Assembly: GCA_012862495.1 (NCBI GenBank)
Contig: BLSG01000216.1
Span: 354,425 to 374,424 of the forward strand
Direction: 5' to 3'
DNA: 20,000 bases
Source of the DNA: Thraustochytrium aureum
Lineage: Eukaryota
In this document: positions 17,663 to 20,000 of the stretch, one piece after another
Layout: the number at the start of each line of letters is the position of its first letter
How positions within the stretch are numbered: position 1 is the stretch's first letter
Position numbers and translations under genes: made by a program
Notes under the pieces: model-generated
What the model was told of the DNA's origin: nothing
The model's database searches: none
The model's input: only the letters and a program-made list of their open reading frames with translations

Positions 17663-19417
17663 ATGACCAACAACGACCGGCCGAGCGCGGTCTCAGCAGA
17701 CGCGGCCAAGCGGGCCATCCTGGCGACGAGCACAGAGTGGCAGAGCCGAAGCCAGGGCGGACCGGCGCGCATGTACAAGGGATCCAGCGGGTCCATCGGC
17801 TCGGCTGGCTACGAGGCAAAGTCTGACACGAGCTCGGACGGGCTCGCGCACCGCGCAGGGGCGGCCCCGATTCGCGTGACGCCGACGACCGCGAGTCGCG
17901 CGCTCCAGTCAGCCGCCGTGACTTCAAAGTCCCCCGCGCAAAAAAACACGGCAGACAAAGCGAGCCCGAGCGGGCGAATCAAGGGACCCTGGACGAGGGA
18001 AGAAGACGAACTCCTGGCGAAACTGGTGAAGGAGTACGGCCCGAAAAAAGTGGTCGGTAATCGCGTCTCACGTCCCGGGCCGCATCGGCAAGCAGTGCCG
18101 CGAGCGCTGGCTCAACCACCTCGACGCCAACGTGAAAAAGTCGCCCTGGTCCGAGGCGGAGGACGCCACACTGCTCAAGGCGCAAGAACAGGTGGGCAAC
18201 CGGTGGTGCGAGATCGCCAAGCTCCTGCCCGGGCGGCCGGAGAATGCTGTCAAGAACCGCTGGAACTCGCTCATGAACCGACGAAACCCAAAGTACAAGA
18301 CCTCGAGCGGCTCCAAATCGCCCTCCTCGGGCTACCTGCAAAACGCGCAGTCGCCGCCCATTGCGCGCGGCCCTTCGCCGACCTCAACCTATACCGCCCT
18401 CTCGCGTGGGATGCCGCCGCCGGCATCGCAGCAATACATCGCGCGCGCAGGCCTGTCCGCCGCGCAGATGGGCGCCCTCAAGACAGCCAAGAAGACCTCG
18501 CCACTAGCAAAGTCGCCGCAGCAACAGCAGCAGCGCGCTGCGGTCGCCCAGACAAGCGCAAGCACCGGCGCCCAACTTCGCAAGACCGGGCCTGCCGTCC
18601 CTGGCGCAAAGCTCGGCTCCTCTTCCTCAACCGTCGCGGTCAAGGAGGAGGCCGCCGCCGCCGCCGCCGCCGCCGCCAACAATGACTCGAGCTTGTTTCA
18701 CTTCGATGATTTCCTCGACGGCCACTTTCAAGGCGAGCTCGGCAGCATCGAGCCCATCGGGTACGACCGCCAAGGCGCCGAAGGCGCAGCTACCAAACGC
18801 GAGCGCCGCAGAGCGCCCCCGGCCCTCAACTTCAGCGCACAGAACATGGCGGAGAGCTCCTTGTCGCCCAACGCCTTCGCCTCTGGCGCCCATTCAATGG
18901 TCATGCACTCAAGTCACGGCACGCCGCGAAGTGTCATTTCTGTGCTTGAACCCTTTGGGACCGACCGGTACGGAAACGATGCTCTCCTGGACCTCGACTC
19001 GTCCATGTTGCCGCGCACCCCCAGCAACGTCAATGGACTGAACGCGCAGCTCACGCAGTCGCTCGTTGGCCTCTCGATCGACGACAGCGACTTCAAGGAC
19101 CTCCTCGGAATGCCCATCCCCCCAACGCCAAAGGTGGGCCGCACTCCGCGCGGGGCGCACATCCCGCACATCAAAGTGGGCGACTCGCTCAGCTTTGGCG
19201 AGGACTTTGCCTTTCCGAGCTCAACGACCTCGCTCAGCGCCGCCGAGTTTGCCTTTGACGCGCTCCAAACACCAAGACTCACAAAGTGCGCCAGCCCCAT
19301 GGCGCGCGAGATGAACGACATCTCGCGCTTCTTCCACGAGGGAAGATTGACGCCGACCAAAAGGGCAAGCTCAAGGACGAGCTCATCCGCCGCAGCAGCT
19401 CCGCAGGCGGCCCGTAA
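17663..19417 (+). CDS. c-Myb-like R2R3 MYB transcription factor; +1 frameshift at A6 18044-18049; probable second frameshift near 19353 (alternative end 19511); start uncertain because of the upstream N-run
   Basis: Removing one A restores [48 protein letters not shown] (R2) and [45 protein letters not shown] (R3). A long S/P/Q/A-rich and acidic tail follows. Confidence 0.93.
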
Positions 19418-19661
19418 GGCCTGCGAGTCCCCGTTCGTCACCGGGCGCCGCATGGTGCGGCCTCCGGGGTTTTGGCGCCGTTCTGTTGTCGCGCAGCATT
19501 CCATGCCCTGAATTGCATCCGTCTGAGCCGTCGCTCTCTTCTGACAGTGGGACCTCGTCTGAGCTGGGGCCGCCGGGGCCTCAGCGGGTGTTGTAGTTGT
19601 AGGCCTAGGTTGTAACAATCCCATCATCTTCCAGTGCGCGCCTTGGACCTCTACGCGCCCT

Positions 19662-19698
19662 GCGCGGCTGTGGAGAGCGCGCGGCTGTGGAGAGCGCG
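19662..19698. repeat. 17-bp tandem duplication (GCGCGGCTGTGGAGAGC) x2
   Basis: Seen directly. Confidence 0.8.
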
Positions 19699-19801
19699 CG
19701 CCCGCGACGCCCGCCTGCTCTCGCCTGTCGCGGCCGTCCGGATCGGGCACGATGGAGGCGGCCGCCGGTACTCAAACTCGCTCGCAGTGCCGGTCGCCGC
19801 G

Positions 19802-20000
19802 ATGGCGCGGAACAGCGCTGCTCAGGCCGAGCTCGCGACGAGCAGCCTGGCCGCGCAGCTGTGGCACCGCGTCGAGCACGTCGCGCAAAGCTGGCTGCAG
19901 CGGCGCGTTCCCGTCGCGCGACTAGCGGCAACGCGCTTGCGCTGGCCGCCTCCTCGCTCTGCGTTGGGCGAAGCCGCGACACGGCCGAGAGCGGGGGACC
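19802..20000 (+). CDS. Possible 5' end of the next gene (unknown product)
   Basis: ATG 19802 opens a frame (MARNSAAQAELATSSLAAQLWHRVEH..) with no stop before the window edge. No recognisable motif, and GC-rich DNA easily yields open frames. Confidence 0.25.
   Translation, partial: MARNSAAQAELATSSLAAQLWHRVEHVAQSWLQRRVPVARLAATRLRWPPPRSALGEAATRPRAGD

Noticed and set aside
1..19511. Calling the frameshifted genes pseudogenes
   Set aside because: Catalytic motifs are intact, no nonsense codons are present, and unrelated genes are all affected, which points to sequence error or recoding rather than decay.
1..20000. tRNA, rRNA, transposase or viral genes; a functional gene cluster
   Set aside because: No recognisable signatures were seen, and the neighbouring genes have unrelated functions with no evidence of a shared pathway.

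Overview
GC-rich, gene-dense, almost intron-free eukaryotic (protist, probably stramenopile-like) nuclear DNA with five N-runs. Seven genes are supported. (1) A 5'-truncated kinesin with a long coiled-coil tail (+). (2) A type I membrane protein ending in an NPLF motif (+). (3) A hypothetical protein, possibly mitochondrial (+). (4) A large minus-strand RAD5/RAD16-group SNF2 ATPase with one clear GT-AG intron. It lacks the usual RING finger and continues in frame into a BC-box-like motif plus leucine-rich repeats, i.e. a Rad16-Rad7-like fusion. (5) A divergently transcribed bacterial-type MTHFR-like flavoprotein with a probable C-terminal membrane anchor (+). (6) An SLC38/AVT-type amino-acid transporter (+). 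(7) A c-Myb-like R2R3 transcription factor (+). About nine single-base frameshifts, mostly in homopolymer runs, interrupt six of the seven genes. They are most likely assembly indels, but recoding cannot be excluded from sequence alone. The SNF2-BC-box-LRR fusion is the most striking candidate for an undescribed system.
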